Shown here one piece after another: positions 1-8,566 of a stretch of DNA of 64,000 bases; position 1 is the first letter of the stretch; the number at the start of each line of letters is the position of its first letter. A model generated the notes under the pieces. It saw only the letters and a program-made list of their open reading frames with translations, ran no database searches and was not told the origin of the DNA. Source of the DNA: an uncultured Collinsella sp. (lineage in GTDB: Bacteria > Actinomycetota > Coriobacteriia > Coriobacteriales > Coriobacteriaceae); NCBI GenBank assembly GCA_959596495.1, contig CAUFXK010000001.1, positions 2,672 through 66,671 on the forward strand, in the 5' to 3' direction. The position numbers were made by a program, and so were the translations under genes.

Positions 1-564
1 CACCGCGTCTGCGCCGTCATCGGCACGGGAGACCCCGGGGTCGCCTCCGTCCCCTTCGTCGCCCTCGAGGACATCATGTCGACGGCGTCCGCCTCTAAGG
101 TTGATGCCGTGTTCGGCAGGTGGCTTGACGCTTCCGAGCTCTCTTCTTTCCACGAGAAGCTGCTCTCGAACATGACGCTGCAGAACGTCATCCGCTCCAT
201 CACCATCCTCGACCCGGAGCGGCTATTCCATGAGATCGAGAGCGCCGTGCACGAGCTTCAGCGCAGGACAGGCGAGAAGATCGGCAGCAACGCCATCATT
301 GGGCTCTACGTTCACCTCTGCTGTCTCGTCGAGCGCCTTGTTACCAGAAACCCCATTGAGACCTACGTTGGCCAGGACCGCTTCGAGGAGGAACGCGCCG
401 ATTTCATCGAGTCCTTCAGGCAGAGCTTCTCGAGCATCTCGACGCGCTATCGCGTAGAGGTTCCCGTAAGCGAGATCGCATATGTCTTCGACTACATAAG
501 CGTGAGCGCCGCCCCGGCGCGAGAAGAGCGCCTCGGCTCCTCGGACCTCCTGCTCGACGAGTGA
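1..564 (+). CDS. PRD-domain PTS-responsive transcriptional regulator (LevR/ManR-like), C-terminal fragment; 5' end outside window
   Basis: Frame 1 is open from base 1 (HRVCAVIGTGDPGVASVPFVALEDIMS...) to TGA 562-564, so ORF 76..564 is only the tail of a longer gene. It has a helical PRD-like tail (IIGLYVHLCCLVERL, EIAYVFDYI). It lies immediately upstream of a mannose-family PTS operon, the usual position of LevR/ManR-type regulators. Confidence 0.55.
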   Translation, partial: HRVCAVIGTGDPGVASVPFVALEDIMSTASASKVDAVFGRWLDASELSSFHEKLLSNMTLQNVIRSITILDPERLFHEIESAVHELQRRTGEKIGSNAIIGLYVHLCCLVERLVTRNPIETYVGQDRFEEERADFIESFRQSFSSISTRYRVEVPVSEIAYVFDYISVSAAPAREERLGSSDLLLDE

Positions 565-687
565 CCTTCCCCGCGCCGCCGCAAGCTGACCGCGCGTCCT
601 CAATAATCCGATAACCCCTTGCCCGGCGCGAATCCGGATAGTGCCGAGGCAGTACCGAACGCAAAACTTCATTTGATAGGAGCAAAC

Positions 688-1161
688 ATGAGTGTTGTTA
701 TGGCACGAATCGACAATCGCCTGCTTCACGGCATCATCGTGACGCAGTGGGCCCCGGTGTCGGGCGCGACCCGAGTCATGGTCATCGACGACAAGGTCGC
801 CGGCGACGAGGTCCTGAAGTCCACCATGAGGATGGCGCGCCCCGCGGGCATGGCCGTTTCGATCATCTCCGAGCAGACCGCGCTCAAGAACTTCGCCGCG
901 GGCAAGTACGACCGCGAGAAGGTCTTCGTCATCGCCAAGGAGCCCGAGACGATGCTTCGCCTGGTCGAGTCGGGCGTCGAGCTCCCGTCGCTGGTCGTCG
1001 GCGGCTCGCTCGTCAAGGAGGACGGCATCCAGCTCACCCAGCGCGCCTACGCCTCCGCCGAGAACGTCCAGAGCTACAAGGCGCTCATCGCCCGTGGCGT
1101 CAAGGTGACGGCCCAGTTCGTGCCCGCCGACAAGCCCGTCTCCGTCGCAGACCTCATCTAA
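688..1161 (+). CDS. PTS mannose/fructose/sorbose-family EIIB component
   Basis: ATG 688 lies 5 nt after AGGAG (678-682); the upstream part of ORF 619..1161 is leader. 'ARIDNRLLHGIIVTQW' matches the EIIB(Man) phospho-histidine region. It is the first gene of an IIB-IIC-IID-IIA set. Confidence 0.85.
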   Translation: MSVVMARIDNRLLHGIIVTQWAPVSGATRVMVIDDKVAGDEVLKSTMRMARPAGMAVSIISEQTALKNFAAGKYDREKVFVIAKEPETMLRLVESGVELPSLVVGGSLVKEDGIQLTQRAYASAENVQSYKALIARGVKVTAQFVPADKPVSVADLI

Positions 1162-1170
1162 GGGGGAAAT

Positions 1171-1956
1171 ATGGTCAACTTCACTATCCTGCAGGTCGTC
1201 CTTTTGACCCTGCTGGCCTTCATCAAGCACGTGGACTACTACGGCATCCCGATGATCTTCGTCAATTACGCCGTTTTCTGGGGCCTCATCACCGGAGTCG
1301 TCATGGGCGACTGGAAGACCGGCCTTGTCATCGGCGGCACCATTCAGCTCATGCAGCTCGGCGTCGCGGGCTTCGGCGGCTCCTCCATTCCCGACTACGG
1401 CACGATGGCCATCATCGCCACAGCCTACGGCGTGACCCTGGGCGCGGACACGGGCCTCGCCATCGGCCTGCCGGTCGGCATGCTCGGCATCCAGCTCGAC
1501 GTCATCGTCAAGATCCTCAACGGCTTCGTCGTCGAGAAGTCCCAGAAGTTCTGCGACGAGGGCAAGTTCAAGCAGATGAACGCCATCCTGTGGGTCTGCC
1601 CCGTGCTCTTCGGCCTGTGCGCCGCCCTGCCCGTCTTTGTCTCCGTGACCCTCGGCCAGCCCGCCGTCAACTGGCTCCTCGAGGTTATGCCCCAGTGGTT
1701 CCTTTCCGGCCTCACCCTCGCCGGCAAGATGCTCCCGGCCGTCGGAATCGCGATGCTGCTGCGTTACATGCCCACCGGCAAGTACTTCCAGTACCTGCTC
1801 GCCGGCTTCTTCCTCTCGGCCTTCCTGAACGTGCCCATCATCGGCGCCGCCATCGTCGGCTTTGCCCTCGCGATCGCGTTCTACCAGCGCGCCGAGAGGG
1901 ACACCGAGCTCGCCGCCCACGCTTCCGCAGACGCCTTCATCGGAGAGGATGAGTAA
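1171..1956 (+). CDS. PTS mannose-family EIIC component (membrane)
   Basis: 261-aa polytopic hydrophobic protein starting 10 nt after IIB, with AGGGGGA upstream. ManY/LevF-like composition and position between IIB and IID. Confidence 0.85.
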   Translation: MVNFTILQVVLLTLLAFIKHVDYYGIPMIFVNYAVFWGLITGVVMGDWKTGLVIGGTIQLMQLGVAGFGGSSIPDYGTMAIIATAYGVTLGADTGLAIGLPVGMLGIQLDVIVKILNGFVVEKSQKFCDEGKFKQMNAILWVCPVLFGLCAALPVFVSVTLGQPAVNWLLEVMPQWFLSGLTLAGKMLPAVGIAMLLRYMPTGKYFQYLLAGFFLSAFLNVPIIGAAIVGFALAIAFYQRAERDTELAAHASADAFIGEDE

Positions 1957-1958
1957 CC

Positions 1959-2792
1959 ATGGAAAACGAGAACATCACCGCCGTCGCCAAGGGCAAGCCC
2001 TCCGGCTACAAGGTCACCAAGAAGGACCTGCGCAACGCGAACTGGCGCTGGCTCATGAGCGTGTGCACCTTCAACTACCAGACCCAGCAGGGCGCCTCAG
2101 TCGCCTACGCCCTCTCGCCGGTCCTGAGGAAGATCTACACGAACGACGAGGACTATAAGCAAGCGCTCAACAACCACTTCCGCTACTACAACACCCAGCC
2201 TTGGCTCGCCGCCATCATCCTTGGCGCCTGCGTGGCCATGGAGGAGCGCGACGGCCTAGCGGCGGCGGACGCCGTCCAAGACCTGAAGATCGGCACCATG
2301 GGACCGCTCGCCGGCGTCGGCGACTCCCTGCTCATGACCATGATCCCGACCATCATGGGCTCCATCGCCGCCTACATGGCCATCGAGGGCAACCCCGTGG
2401 GAGCCGGCATCTGGTTCGCGCTCATCCTGGCCATCTTCTGGGTCCGCATGCACGCCCTCGAGTTCGGCTACAAGCAGGGCGTGAAGCTCGTCACCGACTT
2501 CAGCGAGAAGCTTCCCAACCTCACTGCCGCCGCCTCCGTGCTCGGCCTCACCGTGGTCGGCCGCCTCATCGCCTCGGTCATCGGCGTCACCTGCCCGATT
2601 AGCTTCAGCTTCGGCGACGTCGCGATGGAGATCCAGCCGCTGCTCGACAAGATCCTGCCTGCCATGATCCCCGCCGCCATCACGGGAAGCGCGTATTACC
2701 TTCTTACCAAGAAGAACGCGAGCATGACGGCCCTCATCCTCGTGGTGATTGTCCTCGCGATGGTCGCCTCCGCCGCCGGCATCCTCGCTTAG
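1959..2792 (+). CDS. PTS mannose-family EIID component (membrane)
   Basis: 277 aa, starts 3 nt after IIC. Hydrophilic N-terminus (KKDLRNANWRWLM...FNYQTQQG) followed by TM helices, as in ManZ/LevG-type IID proteins. Confidence 0.85.
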   Translation: MENENITAVAKGKPSGYKVTKKDLRNANWRWLMSVCTFNYQTQQGASVAYALSPVLRKIYTNDEDYKQALNNHFRYYNTQPWLAAIILGACVAMEERDGLAAADAVQDLKIGTMGPLAGVGDSLLMTMIPTIMGSIAAYMAIEGNPVGAGIWFALILAIFWVRMHALEFGYKQGVKLVTDFSEKLPNLTAAASVLGLTVVGRLIASVIGVTCPISFSFGDVAMEIQPLLDKILPAMIPAAITGSAYYLLTKKNASMTALILVVIVLAMVASAAGILA

Positions 2793-2818
2793 CTTCGACC
2801 CAAGAGATTGGTGAATCA

Positions 2819-3217
2819 ATGAGAAAGATAGTTGTGGCGAGCCATTCCCTTCTCGCCCAGGGCTTCAAGGACACCCTCGAGTTCCTTACGGGTAAGGGCG
2901 ACGCCGTCAACGCCGTGTGCGCCTACGTGAACGACAACGGCGAGGGGCTCGACGCGGCGGTCGAGGCGGCTCTTTCGGGCACTGACGAGGTCGTCGTCCT
3001 TACCGACGCGTTCGGCGGCAGCGTGAACCAGCGCTTCTCCCGCTTCGCCTCCGACCGGATCCACGTGATCGCGGGTGTCAACCTCCCGCTCGCCATGACG
3101 GTCGCGCTCGCGCGCCCCGACGAGAAGCTCGACTTCGATGCCCTCGTCAACGAGGCGCGCCAGCAGATCATCTACGTGAACGGTGTCAGTTCTGCCGAGT
3201 GCGACGACGACGAATAG
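2819..3217 (+). CDS. PTS mannose-family EIIA component
   Basis: 132 aa. 'KIVVASHSLLAQG' (active-site His region) and 'VLTDAFGGSVNQ' parallel the EIIA(Man) motifs IVIGTHG / LVDTWGGSPFN. Confidence 0.8.
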   Translation: MRKIVVASHSLLAQGFKDTLEFLTGKGDAVNAVCAYVNDNGEGLDAAVEAALSGTDEVVVLTDAFGGSVNQRFSRFASDRIHVIAGVNLPLAMTVALARPDEKLDFDALVNEARQQIIYVNGVSSAECDDDE

Positions 3218-3229
3218 AGGAGGTCGACG

Positions 3230-4354
3230 ATGAGAGAGTTCCTTAAGGACGTGTGGATGCACGGCGGTGAGGAAAGCCGCGCCATCACCCCCGAGAACAT
3301 CACGGGCGAGAAGGGCCGCGCCGCCATGTCGGCCAGCCACCTCGGCGTCGGCCGCAAGGGCTCGTGCTGCGTGCCCCTTGAGTCCGGCGAGACCATCACG
3401 CTCGCGGACATCGAGGGCCCCGGCATCATCCGCCACATCTGGATGACCGTCCCCGACAAGACCGCCGCCGGCAGCTTCGTCATGCGTGACCTCGTGCTGC
3501 GCTTCTACTGGGACGACGAGGAGACCCCCTCGGTCGAGTGCCCTGTCGGCGACTTCTTCTGCAACGGCTTCGGTGAGCGCGCCATCGTCAACTCGATGCC
3601 CATCTGCGTGAACCCGACGGGCGGCATGAACTGCTACTTCGAGATGCCCTTCAGGAAGCACGCCAAGGTCACGCTTACGAGCGAGCACCCCGGGTTCATT
3701 AAGTACATCTTCTACACGTTCAACTACGCGCTCACCGACGTGCCGGACGACGCCATGTACTTCCACGCCCGCTTTAACCGCGAGCGCAGCACCCGCAGGG
3801 GCGTCGACTACACCGTGCTCGACGGCGTGCGCGGCAAGGGCTACTACGTCGGCACCTACATGGCCCTGTGCGCCCTGGAGCGCTATTGGTGGGGCGAGGG
3901 CGAGATGAAGTTCTTCCTCGACGGCGACGAGGAGTTCCCCACGGTCACCTCGACGGGAGCCGAGGACTACTTCGGCGGTGCCTGGGCCTTCCTCGACAGG
4001 CCGCCCCACGCGCTGCCCGAGGCGCAGTGCTTCAACACGCTGTTCGCCGGCTACCCGTACCGCTCGACGCGCGACGCCACGCGCGACCGCTTCAGCGCGG
4101 GCAAGCCGAACCCGAATCCGATGCTCGCGACTAACGACGACGCGCTGCCCAGGCACGGCCTCTACAGGTGGCACCTTCCCGACCCGATCTCGTTCAAGGA
4201 GGACCTGCGCGTGACGTTCCAGGACCTCGGCAACGACGACATCAAGCTCTACGAGCGCGAGGACGACATCTCCACCGTCGCCTACTGGTACCAAAGCGAG
4301 CCGCACGCCGTGCTCGCCCCGTTTGCCGCGAGGCAGGACCGCGTGCCCAGGTAG
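3230..4354 (+). CDS. DUF2961 / glycoside hydrolase family 172 protein (difructose-dianhydride / alpha-fructofuranosidase-type)
   Basis: 374 aa with a strong SD (AGAGGAGG). 'GETITLADIEGPGIIRHIWMTV' is the hallmark DUF2961 N-terminal motif. No signal peptide, so it is predicted cytoplasmic. Confidence 0.7.
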   Translation: MREFLKDVWMHGGEESRAITPENITGEKGRAAMSASHLGVGRKGSCCVPLESGETITLADIEGPGIIRHIWMTVPDKTAAGSFVMRDLVLRFYWDDEETPSVECPVGDFFCNGFGERAIVNSMPICVNPTGGMNCYFEMPFRKHAKVTLTSEHPGFIKYIFYTFNYALTDVPDDAMYFHARFNRERSTRRGVDYTVLDGVRGKGYYVGTYMALCALERYWWGEGEMKFFLDGDEEFPTVTSTGAEDYFGGAWAFLDRPPHALPEAQCFNTLFAGYPYRSTRDATRDRFSAGKPNPNPMLATNDDALPRHGLYRWHLPDPISFKEDLRVTFQDLGNDDIKLYEREDDISTVAYWYQSEPHAVLAPFAARQDRVPR

Positions 4355-4433
4355 GGTCGCCTCGAAACAAGCCAACGTTATGGGCGCCCGTGGTTGACCA
4401 TGACTGCGGGCGTCCCTTTGTAAGGAGGATCAC

Positions 4434-5318
4434 ATGAGCGAAAAGCAAATGAGGCTCGGCGCCCTCGAAGCCGGCGGGACCAAGATGGTCTGTGCCGTGG
4501 TGTCCGGCGACGGCGAGGTCCTCGACCGTATGGAGACCCCGACGCTTACGCCCGCCGAGACCGTCCCGCAGATGATCGAGTGGTTCACCGCCCGCGATGT
4601 GGACGCGTTGGGCATCGGCGCCTTCGGCCCGACCTGCGTCGACCCCAACGACGAGCGCTACGGCTCCATCCTCCAGACGCCCAAGCTCGCGTGGCGAGGC
4701 CATGGTCTTCGCGCCGCGTTCGCCGACGACCTCGGGATTCCGGTGGCCTACGACACGGACGTTAACGTTGCCTGCCTCGGCGAAGTGGTCTTCGGCTGCT
4801 GCAAGGGGCTCGAGGACGCCGTCTACGTGACCATCGGCACCGGCGTGGGCGCGGGCGTCATGTGCGCGGGCAGACTCCTTCACGGCATGCTGCACCCCGA
4901 GGCCGGTCACATGCTGGTAAGGACCCGTCCCACCGAGGAGGGACGCTGCGTCTGCCCGAGCCACGCGAGCTGTCTCGAGGGGCTCGCCTCCGGCCCCGCC
5001 ATCGCCGCGCGCTGGGGAAAGCCCGCGGCCGAGCTCGCGGACAACGATGAGGTGTGGGCGCTCGAGGGGGATTATCTGGGGCAGATGTGCGCGAACCTCG
5101 TGCTCATGTACTCGCCTCGCCGCATCGTCCTCGGCGGCGGCGTGATGCACCAGGAGCAGCTCTACGGCATCGTCCGCAAGAAGACCCTCGAATATCTGGG
5201 TGGCTACATCCAGACCGCCGAGCTTAAGGACATGGAGAGCTACATCTGCGCCCCGGGCTGCGGCGGCGACCAAGGAATCCTCGGCGCGGCCGAGCTGGCA
5301 AGAAGGGCGCTCGCGTAA
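4434..5318 (+). CDS. ROK-family sugar kinase, fructokinase-like
   Basis: 294 aa, SD AAGGAGG. N-terminal 'LGALEAGGTKMVCAV' ATP-binding motif and Cys-rich zinc motif 'CVCPSHASCLEG' typical of ROK fructokinases (Mak/ScrK type). Confidence 0.75.
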   Translation: MSEKQMRLGALEAGGTKMVCAVVSGDGEVLDRMETPTLTPAETVPQMIEWFTARDVDALGIGAFGPTCVDPNDERYGSILQTPKLAWRGHGLRAAFADDLGIPVAYDTDVNVACLGEVVFGCCKGLEDAVYVTIGTGVGAGVMCAGRLLHGMLHPEAGHMLVRTRPTEEGRCVCPSHASCLEGLASGPAIAARWGKPAAELADNDEVWALEGDYLGQMCANLVLMYSPRRIVLGGGVMHQEQLYGIVRKKTLEYLGGYIQTAELKDMESYICAPGCGGDQGILGAAELARRALA

Positions 5319-5350
5319 CTTGCGCTCTCTCCGCCATACAACGCGTTAAG

Positions 5351-5400
5351 AAAAGACGAGCGCTTCTTGCCAATTGAGCGGCAAGAAGTGCTCGTCTTTT
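5351..5400 (+). terminator. Rho-independent terminator after the kinase gene
   Basis: 21-bp stem AAAAGACGAGCGCTTCTTGCC / GGCAAGAAGTGCTCGTCTTTT (one G-U pair), 8-nt loop, followed by a T-rich tract (GCATTTGTTTTT). Confidence 0.75.
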
Positions 5401-5434
5401 GCATTTGTTTTTGGGGCAGGACGCCACGCCTCCG

Positions 5435-5721
5435 CTAGAGTCCCTGGACCGCCACACCCACGAGGTTTGGACCGGTGTGGACAAGAAGCGCGGGGCTGAT
5501 GTCGGAGCGGACGACCTCCACCGCGTTGGCCACGCGCTCGCACAGGGCCTGCTCCATACGGTCGTAGAGGTCGGCGTGGGCCGAGGTGCGGCTCGCGGCA
5601 AAGCGCACCTTGGGGTGCTTCTCGACGATGGCGGCGATAAGCTTGACCTCGGTGCGATGCGGTACTTGCACAGCCATTTCGTGTGCGCGAGGCTGTTGGC
5701 TTTCTGGGCCACAGCAATCAC
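5435..5721 (-). pseudogene. IS200/IS605-family TnpA (Y1 transposase) remnant, frameshifted/truncated
   Basis: The minus-strand peptide starting at 5721 reads 'MIAVAQKANSLAHTKWLCKY', the characteristic IS200 TnpA N-terminus (NSLAHTKW-CKYH). The frame then breaks. A second frame (5435..5677) continues with only a weak resemblance (…LCERVANAVEVV…LLVHTGP), and the HUH motif is not intact. Confidence 0.45.
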
Positions 5722-5907
5722 CTTCCCCCTAGTATGATGACCTGAACAATCCTCATGCTAGGGGGAAGGTTTTTGTCGCGTAGCGGAAATTGGCCTCCAC
5801 CCGCTGAGCGGGTGGCTTTCTATGCCGCGCGTGCCGCGCGGCACGGACTAAAGTCCATGAATAAAAACGAGGAAGGCCACGTCCGGCCTCCCTCGCAAAG
5901 AGTCTCT

Positions 5908-5978
5908 GATTGCTCCCACTCATTGGGGACAGACTTACATGAGTGATTGCACTCATTGGGGACAGACTTAAATGAGTG
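5908..5978. repeat. 2 x ~33-bp tandem repeat, each unit a small hairpin
   Basis: CACTCATTGGGGACAGACTTA[C/A]ATGAGTG at 5917-5945 and 5950-5978. The unit ends CACTCAT/ATGAGTG are inverse complements. Confidence 0.9.
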
Positions 5979-5997
5979 CTCTTGAAATGCCGGCGCC

Positions 5998-6063
5998 TGG
6001 GGACGTTCTTTTTCTGTCTGCAGTTTGGGACGTTCCTTTTCTGTCGGCAGTTTGGGACGGTCC
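5998..6063. repeat. 2.4 x 27-bp tandem repeat
   Basis: T[G/T]GGGACGTTC(T)TTTTCTGTC[T/G]GCAGT starting at 5998, 6025 and 6052 (partial). Confidence 0.9.
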
Positions 6064-6334
6064 TTAGAGCTGCAGCGCGCCATGAGCGACGAGGCGAAGC
6101 GGATCATCCTGTCTTTCGAGTTCTAAGCAGAATTCCCCGTCTTTGAGTAATGATTAGTGCGCATTTGTGCGTATTTGTGTGCGTAGGATTGCGTGGCTAT
6201 GCGTGTATAAGCACCGTCTGCGGCTGTATTATGACCATTTGGCGGTTATATACGCAAAAGTACGCACATACGCGCTAATTTGTGCGAATATAGAGACGGC
6301 AGAAATGTTAGACGCTCCATGACCCAGGAGGCAC

Positions 6335-7417
6335 ATGATGGCAGATTCTAAGCAGGCTCCGCTCGACGCCGCGGCAGCCGCCAAAGCAGCGTTTGCTTCG
6401 GTCCAGGACAAGCCGTTCCCCGATGATATCTTTACGGCTCCCGAGCTTCGTTGGGCTGTAATCGGGTGCGGCGTTATCGCCAACCAGATGGCCCAGTCTC
6501 TCGCTCTTGCCGGCCGCAAGCTCGCGGGCGTCGCCAACCGTACGTTGTCCAAGGCTCAGGCTTTTGCCGAGCTGTATGGCGTTGAGAAGGTCTATGACAC
6601 GGTCGAGGACCTCTATGCCGATCCTGACATCGATGCTGTCTATATCACCACGCCGCATAACACGCACATCACTTATCTGCGTGCCGCGCTGGCCGCCGGC
6701 AAGCACGTGCTCTGCGAGAAGGCCATTACCCTCAACTCCGCCGAGCTCGACGAGGCTCGTGCCATAGCCGATGAGCACAACGTGGTCCTTATGGATGCCA
6801 CCACGGTGCTCCACATGCCGCTGTATCAGGAGCTGCGCCGTCGCATGGATGCTGGCGACTTTGGCCGCATGAACCTCGCCCAGCTTAACTTTGGCAGCTA
6901 TAAGGAGTACGGCGACCTGACCAACCGTTTCTACAATCGCAACCTTGCCGGCGGTGCCATGCTCGATATTGGTGTGTATGCCCTGTCCGTCATGCGCTTG
7001 TTTATGGCCAGCCAACCCGCCGAGGTCGTGTCTCTGGGCAATACCTGCGAGACTGGCGTTGACGTAGCGGGTGGCATTGTCTGCCGTAACGCCGAGCAGC
7101 AGCTGGGCGTCGTGAGCCTTACGCTCCACTCCAAGCAGCCCAAGCGCTCGGTCATCAGCTTCGATAAGTGCTATATCGAGGTCAACGAGTATCCACGCGC
7201 CGACCATGCGACCATCGTGTGGACTGCGGACGGTCACCGTGAGGAGGTCCACGCTGGCACCGAGGCCTACGCACTGTGCTACGAGATGGCAGACCTGGAG
7301 AAGGCCGTTGCTGGCGATGATTCGAAGCGCGAGCTTCTGGGCTATGCTTCTGATGTTATGGAGCTGATGACCAAGCTCCGCGCCGATTGGGGAGTCGTGT
7401 ACCCCGAGGAGGAGTAA
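6335..7417 (+). CDS. Gfo/Idh/MocA-family NAD(P)-dependent oxidoreductase
   Basis: 360 aa, SD AGGAGG. Rossmann 'WAVIGCGVIANQMA' and 'AVYITTPHNTHITYLRAALAAGKHVLCEKAI' (the EKP-type motif region) are typical of the family. Confidence 0.8.
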   Translation: MMADSKQAPLDAAAAAKAAFASVQDKPFPDDIFTAPELRWAVIGCGVIANQMAQSLALAGRKLAGVANRTLSKAQAFAELYGVEKVYDTVEDLYADPDIDAVYITTPHNTHITYLRAALAAGKHVLCEKAITLNSAELDEARAIADEHNVVLMDATTVLHMPLYQELRRRMDAGDFGRMNLAQLNFGSYKEYGDLTNRFYNRNLAGGAMLDIGVYALSVMRLFMASQPAEVVSLGNTCETGVDVAGGIVCRNAEQQLGVVSLTLHSKQPKRSVISFDKCYIEVNEYPRADHATIVWTADGHREEVHAGTEAYALCYEMADLEKAVAGDDSKRELLGYASDVMELMTKLRADWGVVYPEEE

Positions 7418-7420
7418 GCG

Positions 7421-8167
7421 ATGCTTGCGGAAGATAGGCTCAACGCGATCGTGTCGATGGTGCAGCAGACCGGCTCGGTTACCGTGCCGGAGCTTGCCGA
7501 GGCCCTGGGCGTGACACCGTCCACCATTCGCCGTGACTTGCAAACGCTCGACCGCGCGCACCGTATCGCCAAGGTGCACGGAGGCGCGATGAGTCTTGAG
7601 CGCGCGCACGTGACGCGTGACCTGACGATCAGCGAGCGCAGTGATCTCCATAACGATGACAAGGAGCGCATCTGCGCCCGTGCCGCGGCCCTGGTGGAGC
7701 CCGATAGCTTTGTGTATATCGATTCGGGCTCCACGACCCTCAAGCTCATCGAGCATCTTCCGCATCTCGACGGCGTCACCTATGTGACTGATTCCGTGCT
7801 CCATGCTCAGCATCTCGCTTTGCGCGGCATGCGTACCGTGGTGCTGGGCGGCGAGCTCAAACCCGAGACCGAGGCGCTCGTTGGCCCCGATGCCTTGGCA
7901 ACTCTAGACCGCTATAACTTCAACTGCGGCTTTTGGGGTTCCAACGGCATTGCCGCCGAGCAGGGCTTTACGACGCCCGATATCGAGGAGGCACAGGTCA
8001 AGCGCATCTCGATGCGCCATACGGCCAAACGCTTCGTAATCTCGGATGCCAGCAAATTTGGCATGGTGGCGCCCGTCAAGTTTGCGGACTTCCGCGACGC
8101 AACGATTATTACCGCGGGTGAGGTGCCCGCCAAGTACCAGGCGATGGAAAACGTCATCACGGTCTAG
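7421..8167 (+). CDS. DeoR/GlpR-family transcriptional regulator
   Basis: 248 aa, starts 4 nt after the oxidoreductase. N-terminal wHTH 'RLNAIVSMVQQTGSVTVPELAEALGVTPSTIRRDL' plus a C-terminal DeoR sugar-binding domain. Confidence 0.85.
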   Translation: MLAEDRLNAIVSMVQQTGSVTVPELAEALGVTPSTIRRDLQTLDRAHRIAKVHGGAMSLERAHVTRDLTISERSDLHNDDKERICARAAALVEPDSFVYIDSGSTTLKLIEHLPHLDGVTYVTDSVLHAQHLALRGMRTVVLGGELKPETEALVGPDALATLDRYNFNCGFWGSNGIAAEQGFTTPDIEEAQVKRISMRHTAKRFVISDASKFGMVAPVKFADFRDATIITAGEVPAKYQAMENVITV

Positions 8168-8208
8168 CAACGGGGCGAGGCCAAAACCATTTAGTTTTCT
8201 CAATAGAA

Positions 8209-8247
8209 AAGCGGCAACGTCCATTACGGGCGTTGCCGCTTTCGTTG
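8209..8247 (+). terminator. Rho-independent terminator after the DeoR gene
   Basis: Stem AAGCGGCAACG / CGTTGCCGCTT with an 11-nt loop, followed by TCGTTG. Confidence 0.65.
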
Positions 8248-8259
8248 TCTGCCGGTTTT

Positions 8260-8477
8260 GTCTAAGTCTGTAACAACTAGACCGTTAAAAGTGGGCCAGG
8301 TGTTACAGATTGAGATACTTCCGAACCGCGCCGTCCCTTTGTCTAAATCTATAACATCTGAGGCTGATTTTGCCGAGTTACTGTTACAGATTGAGATTTT
8401 CCTTTGAGGGGGATTCGAATGTCTCGATCTGTAACAGATAGACCGGAAAATGGGTTCTAACTGTTACAGATCGAGAC
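8260..8477. repeat. 3 x ~80-bp tandem units, each carrying a 16-bp inverted repeat (GTCTnnATCTGTAACA / TGTTACAGATnnAGAC)
   Basis: Forward arms at 8260, 8341 and 8421. Reverse arms at 8301, 8382 and 8462. The third pair (GTCTCGATCTGTAACA / TGTTACAGATCGAGAC) is a perfect inverted repeat with 25-nt spacing. Confidence 0.9.
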
Positions 8478-8566
8478 GTTTTGGGACCGCGGCTGAGTCA
8501 TCGTGGCGGCTTGACGTTTGACCAGATAAAACCTATCAAAATAAACCTGTCCCTTTTTTGCAGGAT

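Noticed and set aside
620-687. Sigma-54 (-24/-12) promoter upstream of the PTS operon (aGGCAgtaccgaacGCAaa at ~648-665), as expected for a LevR-type activator
   Set aside because: The GG-to-GC spacing is one nucleotide longer than the strict TGGCAC-N5-TTGCA geometry. The AAA+/sigma-54 interaction domain of the regulator is outside the window, so it cannot be supported.
223-4375. 565-aa (223..1920) and 519-aa (2816..4375) minus-strand ORFs
   Set aside because: They are antisense to the PTS and GH172 genes. They have the same GC-rich shadow-ORF composition (runs of G, D, E, A, R, H) and no SD or motifs.
5753-6107. Short ORFs 5753..5956, 5755..5946 and 5820..6107 as genes
   Set aside because: They run through tandem repeats and hairpins, have no SD and have repeat-derived peptide periodicity (…EKERPKLQTEKERP…).
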